A DNA stretch of 43,711 nt from a virus: IMG/VR virus record IMGVR_UViG_3300045988_142367, one strand, 5' to 3'. Shown here one piece after another: positions 1-7,690 of the stretch. The translations under genes were made by a program, and so were the position numbers. Within the stretch, counting starts at the first letter, position 1; every line of letters begins with the position of its first letter. Below the pieces are notes generated by a model. It made no database searches. It saw only the letters and a list, made by a program, of their open reading frames with translations, and was not told where the DNA came from.

Positions 1-55
1 ACGAACGCATCAAGGAGAAGGACGCCCAGATCAAGGAGAAGGACGCCCAGATCAA
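1..55. repeat. Terminal direct overlap, identical to 43657..43711; indicates a circular or circularly permuted assembly
   Basis: acgaacgcatcaaggagaaggacgcccagatcaaggagaaggacgcccagatcaa is present at both ends; joining on it restores one reading frame across the junction. Confidence 0.95.
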
Positions 56-107
56 GGAGAAGGACGCCCAGATCAACCGTCTCCTCTCCATCCTCGAAAA
101 ACAATAA
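1..107 (+). CDS. C-terminal part of the same repressor (heptad coiled coil ...KEKDAQINRLLSILEKQ*)
   Basis: Same frame as the gene entering from 43711; TAA at 105..107. Confidence 0.85.
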   Translation, partial: ERIKEKDAQIKEKDAQIKEKDAQINRLLSILEKQ

Positions 108-213
108 GAAAGGCCCCACCTCCCGGCGTGACCTTTCCCTGATGTTACAACAATTAACGTAGATATAAAACTTGTCTATAGCCCAAGTTTAGGATTAACA
201 CACAATAACGACT

Positions 214-336
214 ATGAGTAAAGAAAATTATCAATCAGGCAAAATCCCGGCATCCTCACCGAAGAACCAGCCGGTTCCGACACTGCCTCCACCTGCGCCG
301 CCATCGGAGTTGAATGATGTTCCGGTTAAAAGATGA
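214..336 (+). CDS. Small proline-rich peptide, 40 aa
   Basis: ATG at 214, TGA at 334: MSKENYQSGKIPASSPKNQPVPTLPPPAPPSELNDVPVKR; directly downstream of the repressor. Below the ORF-track size cutoff. Confidence 0.45.
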   Translation: MSKENYQSGKIPASSPKNQPVPTLPPPAPPSELNDVPVKR

Positions 337-880
337 ATATGCACAGGCCGATGAGAAGAACCAGTCCTAACGCTATTCCGGCTAAGGTCATAGTCAACCC
401 GACCCGATAGGCGGAACACATCCTTCTCCTCAGCTCGGTATTCTTCTTATGCCTCTCATCAAGGTCCACGAGATATGCAAGTTTCCGGAAGTGTGCCTGT
501 TCGCCTTTGGGATATCCGTTCAGCCAGTCCAAGGCTTCCTCGGATAGCAACACACTCGGTTCGCCTCCTTCAGGATAAACCGTGACATTGTACAGGACGC
601 CAAACCACATCTGTGCGGCGGGAACAGATAATGCCACTATGCCGTAAGCGGTCATCAGCATCACGAGCAATGATCCTTCTTGACTGGCCAATGTTCCGAC
701 AAGGATGCCGATGAGGGAAACGATGGCAGCCAGATACCATCCCAAAAAAGTCTGAACCTGCTGCTGGGTCTTGGCTATGGCATCGAAGTCGTTCCTGAGT
801 GCGGCCCTCGCCTCTTCATAAGCCAGATCCACAAGTTTGGGAGGAAACTCTTTTGAGTCTATTTCGAAATACTTTCTCAT
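326..880 (-). CDS. Multi-pass membrane protein, possible lysogenic-conversion/superinfection-exclusion factor
   Basis: ORF 326..901; likely start MRKYFEIDSKEF at 880. Two hydrophobic hairpins (GWYLAAIVSLIGILVG, LLVMLMTAYGIVALSVP, TMTLAGIALGLVLLIGLCIFIF) separated by a charged linker. Confidence 0.7.
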   Translation of the reverse strand: MRKYFEIDSKEFPPKLVDLAYEEARAALRNDFDAIAKTQQQVQTFLGWYLAAIVSLIGILVGTLASQEGSLLVMLMTAYGIVALSVPAAQMWFGVLYNVTVYPEGGEPSVLLSEEALDWLNGYPKGEQAHFRKLAYLVDLDERHKKNTELRRRMCSAYRVGLTMTLAGIALGLVLLIGLCIFIF

Positions 881-901
881 ATAGATCTTTTCTGCAAACA
901 T

Positions 902-1236
902 AACAAAATTTTGGAAACATTAAAAGATTAATGCAAAACGATAAGCATATTGGTGGGAGGAAAACGTCCGGAAGGAGCCGTGGCGTGCGCCAAATTTGCG
1001 CCAAACGCCCCGGTTCGCCTGCCCTGGACGGCTTTCAGTTGGGGGTAAGAATCCCCGAAAATGCCCGTGAAATGTCCTTCCCCCGCTACGAATTTGCCGC
1101 AACTTCTTGCAAGTCAAGGAATTGCGGCAAAATTGTCAAAAATGCTGCGCCAGATTTGCGCCAAAAAAATTCGCTGTCTGAGCCGGTTCCTGTCAAACCT
1201 TTGTTGGGGAGTTCAAAAATTTCCCCAACAAAAAAA
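902..1236. promoter_or_regulatory. Repeat-rich intergenic region upstream of the integrase; candidate attP/arm sites/operators
   Basis: Near-identical 20-mers TGCGCCA(A/G)ATTTGCGCCAAA at 986..1005 and 1146..1165; inverted repeat TTTGCCGCAA/TTGCGGCAAA at 1093..1102 and 1122..1131; inverted repeat TGTTGGGGA/TCCCCAACA at 1202..1210 and 1222..1230. Confidence 0.5.
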
Positions 1237-2400
1237 ATGTCTTCAAGTCTCCGCACGACGAATGGCTTTATTCCGGCAAAGGTCGCCGAAGGAAAGCGTT
1301 GGTATGTTGAATTCTATTGCCTCGATCCGGAAACCGGTCGCATGAGAAGAAAGAGGGTGTCTGTGCCTAAGATAAAAGGCGTGACCGCCCGCAGAAGGTA
1401 CGCCAACGACATGGTCATCAACATCAACGACCAGCTCTCGCAAGGATGGAATCCCTACCTGTCCCTGAACAATCCGGAGGAATACACTCTTTTTGATGAT
1501 GTCTGTGAGAAATACTACCGCTATCTGTACAAGTTGACGGAATCGGACATCATGCGCGTCAAGACCTACAATGGCTACACTTCGTTCCTGAACGTGTTCC
1601 GTGGCTGGAACAGCGAACAACACAAACCGGTGTGCTATGTCTATCAATTAAAGTCATCAGTTGTCTCGAAGTTTCTCGACTGGCTATGGCTTGATTGCGG
1701 GAAGGCTGCCAGAACCAGAGACAATTACCTCTCTTGGCTTCGCAGCTTTGCCGGATGGCTTATGGAGAAGAACTACATCAGCGAGGACTTCACAGCGAAT
1801 CTTACTGCCGTTCAGGGTAAGCGCAAATGTGCAAAGAACCGCACCGTCATCCCGAAGGAGACGATGCTTGCCATCCGTGAATATTGCAGCGACCGCAACC
1901 GCCACTATCTTTTGGCTTGCTATGTTCTCTATTATTGCTTCATACGCCCTAAGGAGATGAGCCACATCAGGATCGGTGACATTTCGGTAAAGGGAGGCAC
2001 CATTTCCGTCAGGGCCGAATATTCAAAGAACCGGAAGGATGCCGTGGTAACCCTTCCTGATTGTGTTCTCAAACTGATGCTCGACCTTGATGTGCTGTCA
2101 AACCCCGCTGACTGGTATCTTTTCAGTTCCGGCTTTCGTCCTGGACCTGCACACCATCCAGCTAAGCATTTCGGAGACTTCTGGACCTACCATCTGAAGA
2201 AGGATCTGAGGCTCCCTTCCGAGTACAAGTTCTACAGCCTCAAGGACACCGGCATAACGGATCTGATCAAGGCCCGCACCGATCTCCTTTCTGTTCGTGA
2301 CCAAGCCCGCCATCACTCACTCCAGATGACCGACCTCTACACCCCTCTGGAGACCCGTACCGCCAACGAGTCCATCCGCCACCACGAGTCCTACTTCTAA
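1237..2400 (+). CDS. int: Tyrosine site-specific recombinase (phage integrase)
   Basis: ORF open from 931; likely start MSSSLRTTNGFIPAKVAEGKRWYVEFY at 1237. Arm-binding/SAM-like N-terminus; catalytic-type segments RPKEMSHIRIGDI, YSLKDTGITDLI, RDQARHHSLQMTDLYTP. Confidence 0.85.
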   Translation: MSSSLRTTNGFIPAKVAEGKRWYVEFYCLDPETGRMRRKRVSVPKIKGVTARRRYANDMVININDQLSQGWNPYLSLNNPEEYTLFDDVCEKYYRYLYKLTESDIMRVKTYNGYTSFLNVFRGWNSEQHKPVCYVYQLKSSVVSKFLDWLWLDCGKAARTRDNYLSWLRSFAGWLMEKNYISEDFTANLTAVQGKRKCAKNRTVIPKETMLAIREYCSDRNRHYLLACYVLYYCFIRPKEMSHIRIGDISVKGGTISVRAEYSKNRKDAVVTLPDCVLKLMLDLDVLSNPADWYLFSSGFRPGPAHHPAKHFGDFWTYHLKKDLRLPSEYKFYSLKDTGITDLIKARTDLLSVRDQARHHSLQMTDLYTPLETRTANESIRHHESYF

Positions 2401-2416
2401 CCATTTGTTCACGTTA

Positions 2417-2914
2417 CTACCACTCGACAAGGCTGTAGGAGAGACCGGCGCCGATGTAGGGTAGCGGGGTGATGCGGTTGTCCTGGATGGTTATGCCGTA
2501 ACCGGCCTGAAGGGATAGGGCAAAATGAGATCTTTTTCGTGACGGGACGGAAATGGTCCGGGTCACGACCTTCGTTTCCGGAAAGACCTGAATCAGGTCG
2601 AGGCTTGGCTGGTAGCCGGACACTATCGCACGATAGTCCTTGCCGGAATATTCCTTCCGCTCTTTGGGGAGCTGGACGAAGGTGGTGTCGTGTATGATCA
2701 CGATGTCGGGATAGGCGACAAGGAGTGTGTCAGTGATGGTGGTTAGGATGGGGACGGGGGTCTCGACGGTGACGGTGTCCCTTATGATCAGGGTATCAGC
2801 CTTGGGTGTCTCGATGGCTTCGGCGACCGCCGCGCGGTAGCCCAGCCTCCAGCTCAGGACGGAGACAGCCGCCACCAGCGCGGCGACAAGCAGAAGGATC
2901 CACCCCGGCTTCAT
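2417..2914 (-). CDS. Single-TM periplasmic protein (DUF6808-like), possible spanin-like lysis protein
   Basis: Start MKPGWILLLVAALVAAVSVLSW; long beta-rich region; C-terminal aromatic beta-like tail FALSLQAGYGITIQDNRITPLPYIGAGLSYSL; lies at the end of the lysis cassette. Confidence 0.55.
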   Translation of the reverse strand: MKPGWILLLVAALVAAVSVLSWRLGYRAAVAEAIETPKADTLIIRDTVTVETPVPILTTITDTLLVAYPDIVIIHDTTFVQLPKERKEYSGKDYRAIVSGYQPSLDLIQVFPETKVVTRTISVPSRKRSHFALSLQAGYGITIQDNRITPLPYIGAGLSYSLVEW

Positions 2915-2918
2915 CGCC

Positions 2919-3269
2919 TCACGCCTCCGAGCCTGTCGGCCCAACGCTTCGATTAAAGCCTGGGCGTGGCCATGATCCGTCGTCAAGGATCTCCCAGTCC
3001 TCCAGAAGGATATCCGATTGCGACGCAAGCCATCCTGTCAGCACAGCCTTCCTTCCCGTCGAATCATGCGTGAACATGCAGATGGTGCCAAGCGCGGGAA
3101 TCTCGCCTCCGTTGCCTTCGGCAAGGCTTTTAAGGAGAGGATCCTTGCACCACTCAGCCTTGACGACAGCCTCTGGTTTAAGCCATAAAAACATTCCTTT
3201 TCCGTTCCAGCCCTTTCGGGCAACTCTCTTGCCCTGCTTCAGGGCCTCGATAGCTTTTCCAAAATCCAT
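2919..3269 (-). CDS. tad2: DUF2829 / Thoeris anti-defence 2 (Tad2)-like protein
   Basis: MDFGKAIEALKQGKRVARKGWNGKGMFLWLKPEA...ILLEDWEIL matches the family pattern (F..AL..LK.GK.VAR.GWNGKGMFL...; terminal DW.ilD). Confidence 0.85.
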   Translation of the reverse strand: MDFGKAIEALKQGKRVARKGWNGKGMFLWLKPEAVVKAEWCKDPLLKSLAEGNGGEIPALGTICMFTHDSTGRKAVLTGWLASQSDILLEDWEILDDGSWPRPGFNRSVGPTGSEA

Positions 3270-3369
3270 AATAAAATAAATAAAAATGTGTTGATTAAAC
3301 GTCTTCGCTTTTTGATCATTTTCGTGGTGTCGAGAAAATGATCAAAAACCGGCTATAATCCGGCTATCC

Positions 3370-3780
3370 TCACCGCCTCACGCCTCCGAGCCTGTCAGCC
3401 CACCGCTCCGTGAAAAACGAGTAATAGCTGATGGTGCCAAAGCTCTTGAATGAAGAATGCAGCCAAGCCCAAGTAATTGACGGAATACCAATGATAGGCA
3501 AATACAACCATCCGAGATAAAGCGACTGCCTCGTATGCCCCCATTCGTGGTCGAGTGTCAGACGCACATAGGAGTTTGACAGCCCGGCATACTTCAGAGG
3601 CAGGATTATCCTCTTTCCGAGACTGATCCCGCCTCTCATCTTTTGGGAATATAGCACCTTTGCTCTGCGGTGTTCGCCCCTGATTGCATCGTCGTGTCCG
3701 TACCACCGGAACAGCAGCAATCCCAGCAAGTTCTGCGGCAACTGCCAGATGTAAAGTAATACTTTAATAAAATCTTTCAT
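3370..3780 (-). CDS. Membrane-associated putative zinc metallopeptidase
   Basis: HEXXH motif in LTLDHEWGHTRQS, downstream Glu in FTERWADRLGG, hydrophobic segments; adjacent to the M15 peptidase. Confidence 0.6.
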   Translation of the reverse strand: MKDFIKVLLYIWQLPQNLLGLLLFRWYGHDDAIRGEHRRAKVLYSQKMRGGISLGKRIILPLKYAGLSNSYVRLTLDHEWGHTRQSLYLGWLYLPIIGIPSITWAWLHSSFKSFGTISYYSFFTERWADRLGGVRR

Positions 3781-3792
3781 ATTCTTTGAATA

Positions 3793-4230
3793 TTAGAACC
3801 TTTCTCCCTTGTATCGTCTATTATAGAGCAGCTGTCCCCGTTGCGGCCCTCCCTTGCGGTGACTGATGTGTACGAATGACGGATAGAGGATCATCTGATC
3901 CACCTCCCTCCAGATCTCCGGCGTATCCCTGACAACCTTAGCCAGCGCGTGGGGGTCTTCCGCCGCGATGTCGGCGGCCTCACCCTTGACGTGCTGCGAG
4001 GTCGGGACTCCTCCCACCGCCCTGTTGAGCTCCGGGCATCGGTAGCCGCTGTTTATCCGCAGCGGCCTCCTGACAATGTCACGCAGAGGCTGGAGAACCC
4101 TTTCCGTCAGCTCCTTCACCGCGTCACGCACATCGAACGATGTGATCACGTTGCAGATGCCCTTGCGCTCCGCCGTCGGCGAGGTCTCGAACTCTCTGTA
4201 ACTGAAATCCTTACTGATTGTTCCCATCAT
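3793..4230 (-). CDS. Peptidase M15-type endolysin (D-Ala-D-Ala carboxypeptidase-like)
   Basis: INSGYRCPELNRAVGGVPTSQHVKGEAADI ... FVHIS: M15 His/Asp metal-ligand pattern. Confidence 0.9.
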   Translation of the reverse strand: MMGTISKDFSYREFETSPTAERKGICNVITSFDVRDAVKELTERVLQPLRDIVRRPLRINSGYRCPELNRAVGGVPTSQHVKGEAADIAAEDPHALAKVVRDTPEIWREVDQMILYPSFVHISHRKGGPQRGQLLYNRRYKGERF

Positions 4231-4774
4231 CCTTTACCCCCTTTACGGCTCCGCCTCCTTTCTCAATGCTGACAGCCCCCTCGATGTTCGCCCCGGTCTT
4301 TGCTTGCACCACGGCCTCGATGACCTTGGCGGCGTCCACCTTTACCTTTGCCTGACGTCCGAACCGACAGAAGTACCAGTTCTGGGCGATGGAGATCAGC
4401 TCCACGCCTATGACGACAAGCATCAGCCCAGTCTCTATAACCGTGTAGCCCGTCGCCACGGCGAGGCTGGAGGCCAGCACCGACCAGCAGAAGTACTCCA
4501 CTGCCTTGCCGACCGTGCGGCGTATCGCCCGGCTTATCCTGATCCGGTCGCCCTTGCTCCGGGCGGCTCGGATGCCGAACACGAGGTCGATCAGGATGAC
4601 CACGGCGGCTATGACGAGATATGGCAGCATCCGCACGAAAGATTGTTGGAAGAACAGCAATAGTGTGGCCGATAAGCCCGTGCCGACCACGACACTCCCC
4701 GCGGAAGCCTCGTCCGAGAGGATGTGGGCGTAGTAACTGTCCATCATGGTTAAACTATTTATGTCGATGATCAT
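4211..4774 (-). CDS. Phage holin family protein
   Basis: Several TM helices (MLPYLVIAAVVILIDLVFGIRAARSKGD, AVEYFCWSVLASSLAVATGYTVIETGLMLVVIGVELISI); directly upstream of the endolysin with overlapping ends. Confidence 0.75.
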   Translation of the reverse strand: MIIDINSLTMMDSYYAHILSDEASAGSVVVGTGLSATLLLFFQQSFVRMLPYLVIAAVVILIDLVFGIRAARSKGDRIRISRAIRRTVGKAVEYFCWSVLASSLAVATGYTVIETGLMLVVIGVELISIAQNWYFCRFGRQAKVKVDAAKVIEAVVQAKTGANIEGAVSIEKGGGAVKGVKDDGNNQ

Positions 4775-4855
4775 GTCTTTGTTTTGGTGTAATTACAATC
4801 ATATCAGATTATAAGGTACATATAAATTCTGGCAATCTTCTTTTATTTTCATAAA

Positions 4856-7621
4856 CTATGATATATCAAGGAACGAATCATCACAATTTAAGGTGATACT
4901 TATATCGCCCTTGAAAGCAGTAGATACATGATTACTTAAATCTAACACAGATTGATTTTGCATCTCAAGCACGACAGACGAATCAAATCCAGGAACTTCT
5001 GTTCCAAAATAAGTTTCTGACAAATCAAAGGTAGGCAAATTTGATAAACTTAAATTACCTGTTTTGATCTCTGAAATTGACACAATACCAATAAGGGTAG
5101 CTTCCATGGCGACAAAATCAGTAACAAAGGCTAGATTATTTAGTTTGAAAACTGATAACGGCATTGGAATGCACCTGTATACATCCATCCTAAGTTTTGG
5201 TACAGATCCACCTGCATCTACACCCGTTACATAAGGAAATATAGGCAACCAACTTGTATTGTTATCCCTGTTCATTAACCAAACAAGACCAAACTTCTCA
5301 CTAGAGAATTGTGATGATACATAAGAGCTCAAAGGTTCATCTGTTTTAATGACTGCATGATATCTAGTTTGATATTCTTCAACAATACAATCAGATTCAA
5401 GTATAATTGAACCATGAGAAGTAACGACATTCTCAACTTTGGTAAAGAGATCTGCTTGAACTTTTGCAATTTCACATAACAAGAAGTTCTCATTGTTATA
5501 AAAGTCTGTATGTTCAGACGTTTCATTATTATAAACAGTACCAGGATTAGTGGACCCGTTTAATATATGAACATATAAGAACTGATTATATTTCCAGTCA
5601 ACCTGCAACTTGTTGTATAATTCAGCAATATTAGACTCTGGAATATCAATGTATATGTACTGTGAATCCATTGATACAATTGTTCCCAAAGACAAACCAT
5701 CCGTTACAGTCAAGCCATTGGTATTAATACATACTTCTGGATTATGATCCGCTACATCTAACACTTGATCAGCATTTGATATTGCAATCTTCATTGCAAC
5801 GGTATTCTGAGCCTCTGAAGCATCTTGTGTACAATTGCAAGTGGCAATTACATCTCCAGTAGAAGCTTTAAGAACGAGATCAAAGGTTCTCTCTGAAGAA
5901 GTGTTAACATCAGGTGCCAGAGACAAGCTCTTATTTCCGGTACCACTTATTGGTAGCGGGTCGCCACTTACTAAACTGTTGCCAACGTAAGAAGGACCAT
6001 CGATAGTCCAACCTACATTATCTGGGTCAGTGATATTCAAATCCAAGCCTGATGGGGATAGATCACTCTGACCATTGCTGTCAAAGCGGAATGTAGTAGG
6101 AACATCCCAAGAAGGCATAACTAAAGACTCCTGATGGTAGGATATGGATGCGGTAGTTGACTTGCTCCCCTCACCCGTTATCTTCATTTCAATAGTATCA
6201 TCTCTGCTTAGGCCAGTGATGTTCTTACCAACGGTGGCCTTAAGATTAAGCTCATCAATGGTTACCAAACTTGGTACTGATGTGAACTCATAGGTAAAAT
6301 CAGTTATAGTTCTGGTAGCACCCGAAGTATAGGTGGCTGTCTGGTTCGGGGATACCTTAGCGGCTATATCTACATCCCCACCTGTCTTTGGAATGATTAC
6401 AGTGGCAGATGCGGCATTAACTGATGAATAGGTTACCTGATTGGCCTGTTGGTACACATCAATACTTTGGGTTACTTTAGAGCCATTCCAGGTTATAGTG
6501 GCTGTAACTGTGTCAAGTTTTGTTCTGGCCTTAACAGTTGAACCAAGATTTGAGCCGTTTACCGTTTTAGACAACGTAATGATAACATCTGAGGATGTTA
6601 TAGAAGGAGTATCTGATTCTCCAGAAGAATAATCAATCTTGCCTGAAGCTGAGATAAAGTTTGGTGAATCAGCTGAGCCACCCGATGCTGGGATATCGTC
6701 TAATGAAACAGAAGCAGAGCTCAAAGTGTAGGTGGCCTTATTAGGATCCTGTCTTACAAAGTCGGTGTAAGTCAATGTCTGACCATTAACGACAATGGTT
6801 ATCTTAATACGGGCTGCCTTATAAGAATCAGTGATGACCTTTCCCAGAGAACTCATAACTATCTCTCCTGTATGCTCGTTTAAGGTCCAGTTATAAGGAG
6901 AACCAGGAGGATCAGTATAATAGGTATATTTTACAGAATGAGAAGAATTAGATTGAGTAAGAATCCCACCACCAGATGCTTTGCCATTCCATCCCCAAGG
7001 GATTGAAAATCTGTAAGAAGGGGTGGCAATACCTCCTTCTGCGCTGATATCCCAATTAGAATATCCCATATTGACACTTGCAGTGCCGTAGGTCTTCTCA
7101 CCTGCTGCTTGGATAATGGTGATGGCTTCAGAAGATACCCCAGGATCACCCGAATCGCGAAGCCTGAAAGTGATGTCCTTGGAGCTCTCTGTCTGATTCT
7201 CCGACACGTCAAAGGAGATCTCAAAAGTGTAAGAGCTAGATGCCCCAGGATCACCCGATATCTGATGAGAGGAGTTTCCGTCCCAGGAATAGGCCGTCCC
7301 GTTTACTTTAAGGGTGAAATTTGAAAGTAAAGATGAATTAGTGAGATTAGTCAGCTTCAGAGATGGCGAGTTGCTAGTGCCAGTGATTTTCACGGTGCCA
7401 CCCAGAGCTGCAACAGAATAGGAAGTCTTGTCTACCATGATAAACTCACCAGCTCCAACCTGTAAGAGAACTACAGAATCAGAGGCTCCACCAGAGGTAA
7501 CTCCTTTGATAGAGCCTGATCTGCTTGATCTTCCAGTATGGGAGCTTGCTTTTAGTGATCTTGTCCCTGAGCCACTTCCTGTAGACCCGGATACTACAGT
7601 GATCCAACTTGGTTTTGCCAT
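4856..7621 (-). CDS. Large repeat-containing tail/receptor-binding protein (Ig/BACON-like repeats)
   Basis: 921 aa; repeats such as VTYTLSSASVSLDDIPASGGS and SWDVPTTFRFDSNGQSDLSPSGLDLNI; MAKPSWI N-terminus shared with 7691..9343. Confidence 0.6.
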   Translation of the reverse strand: MAKPSWITVVSGSTGSGSGTRSLKASSHTGRSSRSGSIKGVTSGGASDSVVLLQVGAGEFIMVDKTSYSVAALGGTVKITGTSNSPSLKLTNLTNSSLLSNFTLKVNGTAYSWDGNSSHQISGDPGASSSYTFEISFDVSENQTESSKDITFRLRDSGDPGVSSEAITIIQAAGEKTYGTASVNMGYSNWDISAEGGIATPSYRFSIPWGWNGKASGGGILTQSNSSHSVKYTYYTDPPGSPYNWTLNEHTGEIVMSSLGKVITDSYKAARIKITIVVNGQTLTYTDFVRQDPNKATYTLSSASVSLDDIPASGGSADSPNFISASGKIDYSSGESDTPSITSSDVIITLSKTVNGSNLGSTVKARTKLDTVTATITWNGSKVTQSIDVYQQANQVTYSSVNAASATVIIPKTGGDVDIAAKVSPNQTATYTSGATRTITDFTYEFTSVPSLVTIDELNLKATVGKNITGLSRDDTIEMKITGEGSKSTTASISYHQESLVMPSWDVPTTFRFDSNGQSDLSPSGLDLNITDPDNVGWTIDGPSYVGNSLVSGDPLPISGTGNKSLSLAPDVNTSSERTFDLVLKASTGDVIATCNCTQDASEAQNTVAMKIAISNADQVLDVADHNPEVCINTNGLTVTDGLSLGTIVSMDSQYIYIDIPESNIAELYNKLQVDWKYNQFLYVHILNGSTNPGTVYNNETSEHTDFYNNENFLLCEIAKVQADLFTKVENVVTSHGSIILESDCIVEEYQTRYHAVIKTDEPLSSYVSSQFSSEKFGLVWLMNRDNNTSWLPIFPYVTGVDAGGSVPKLRMDVYRCIPMPLSVFKLNNLAFVTDFVAMEATLIGIVSISEIKTGNLSLSNLPTFDLSETYFGTEVPGFDSSVVLEMQNQSVLDLSNHVSTAFKGDISITLNCDDSFLDIS

Positions 7622-7690
7622 TGTTATTCTGTTTTTTAGAATAAATTAGAAGATGAGAGGGGTTTCACCCCCTCCCACCTTATGACAGTC

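Noticed and set aside
1-55. Biological direct terminal repeats of a linear genome
   Set aside because: The overlap is exactly 55 bp, a common assembler k-mer length, and restores a coding frame; assembly circularity is more likely. PhageTerm-style read analysis would decide.
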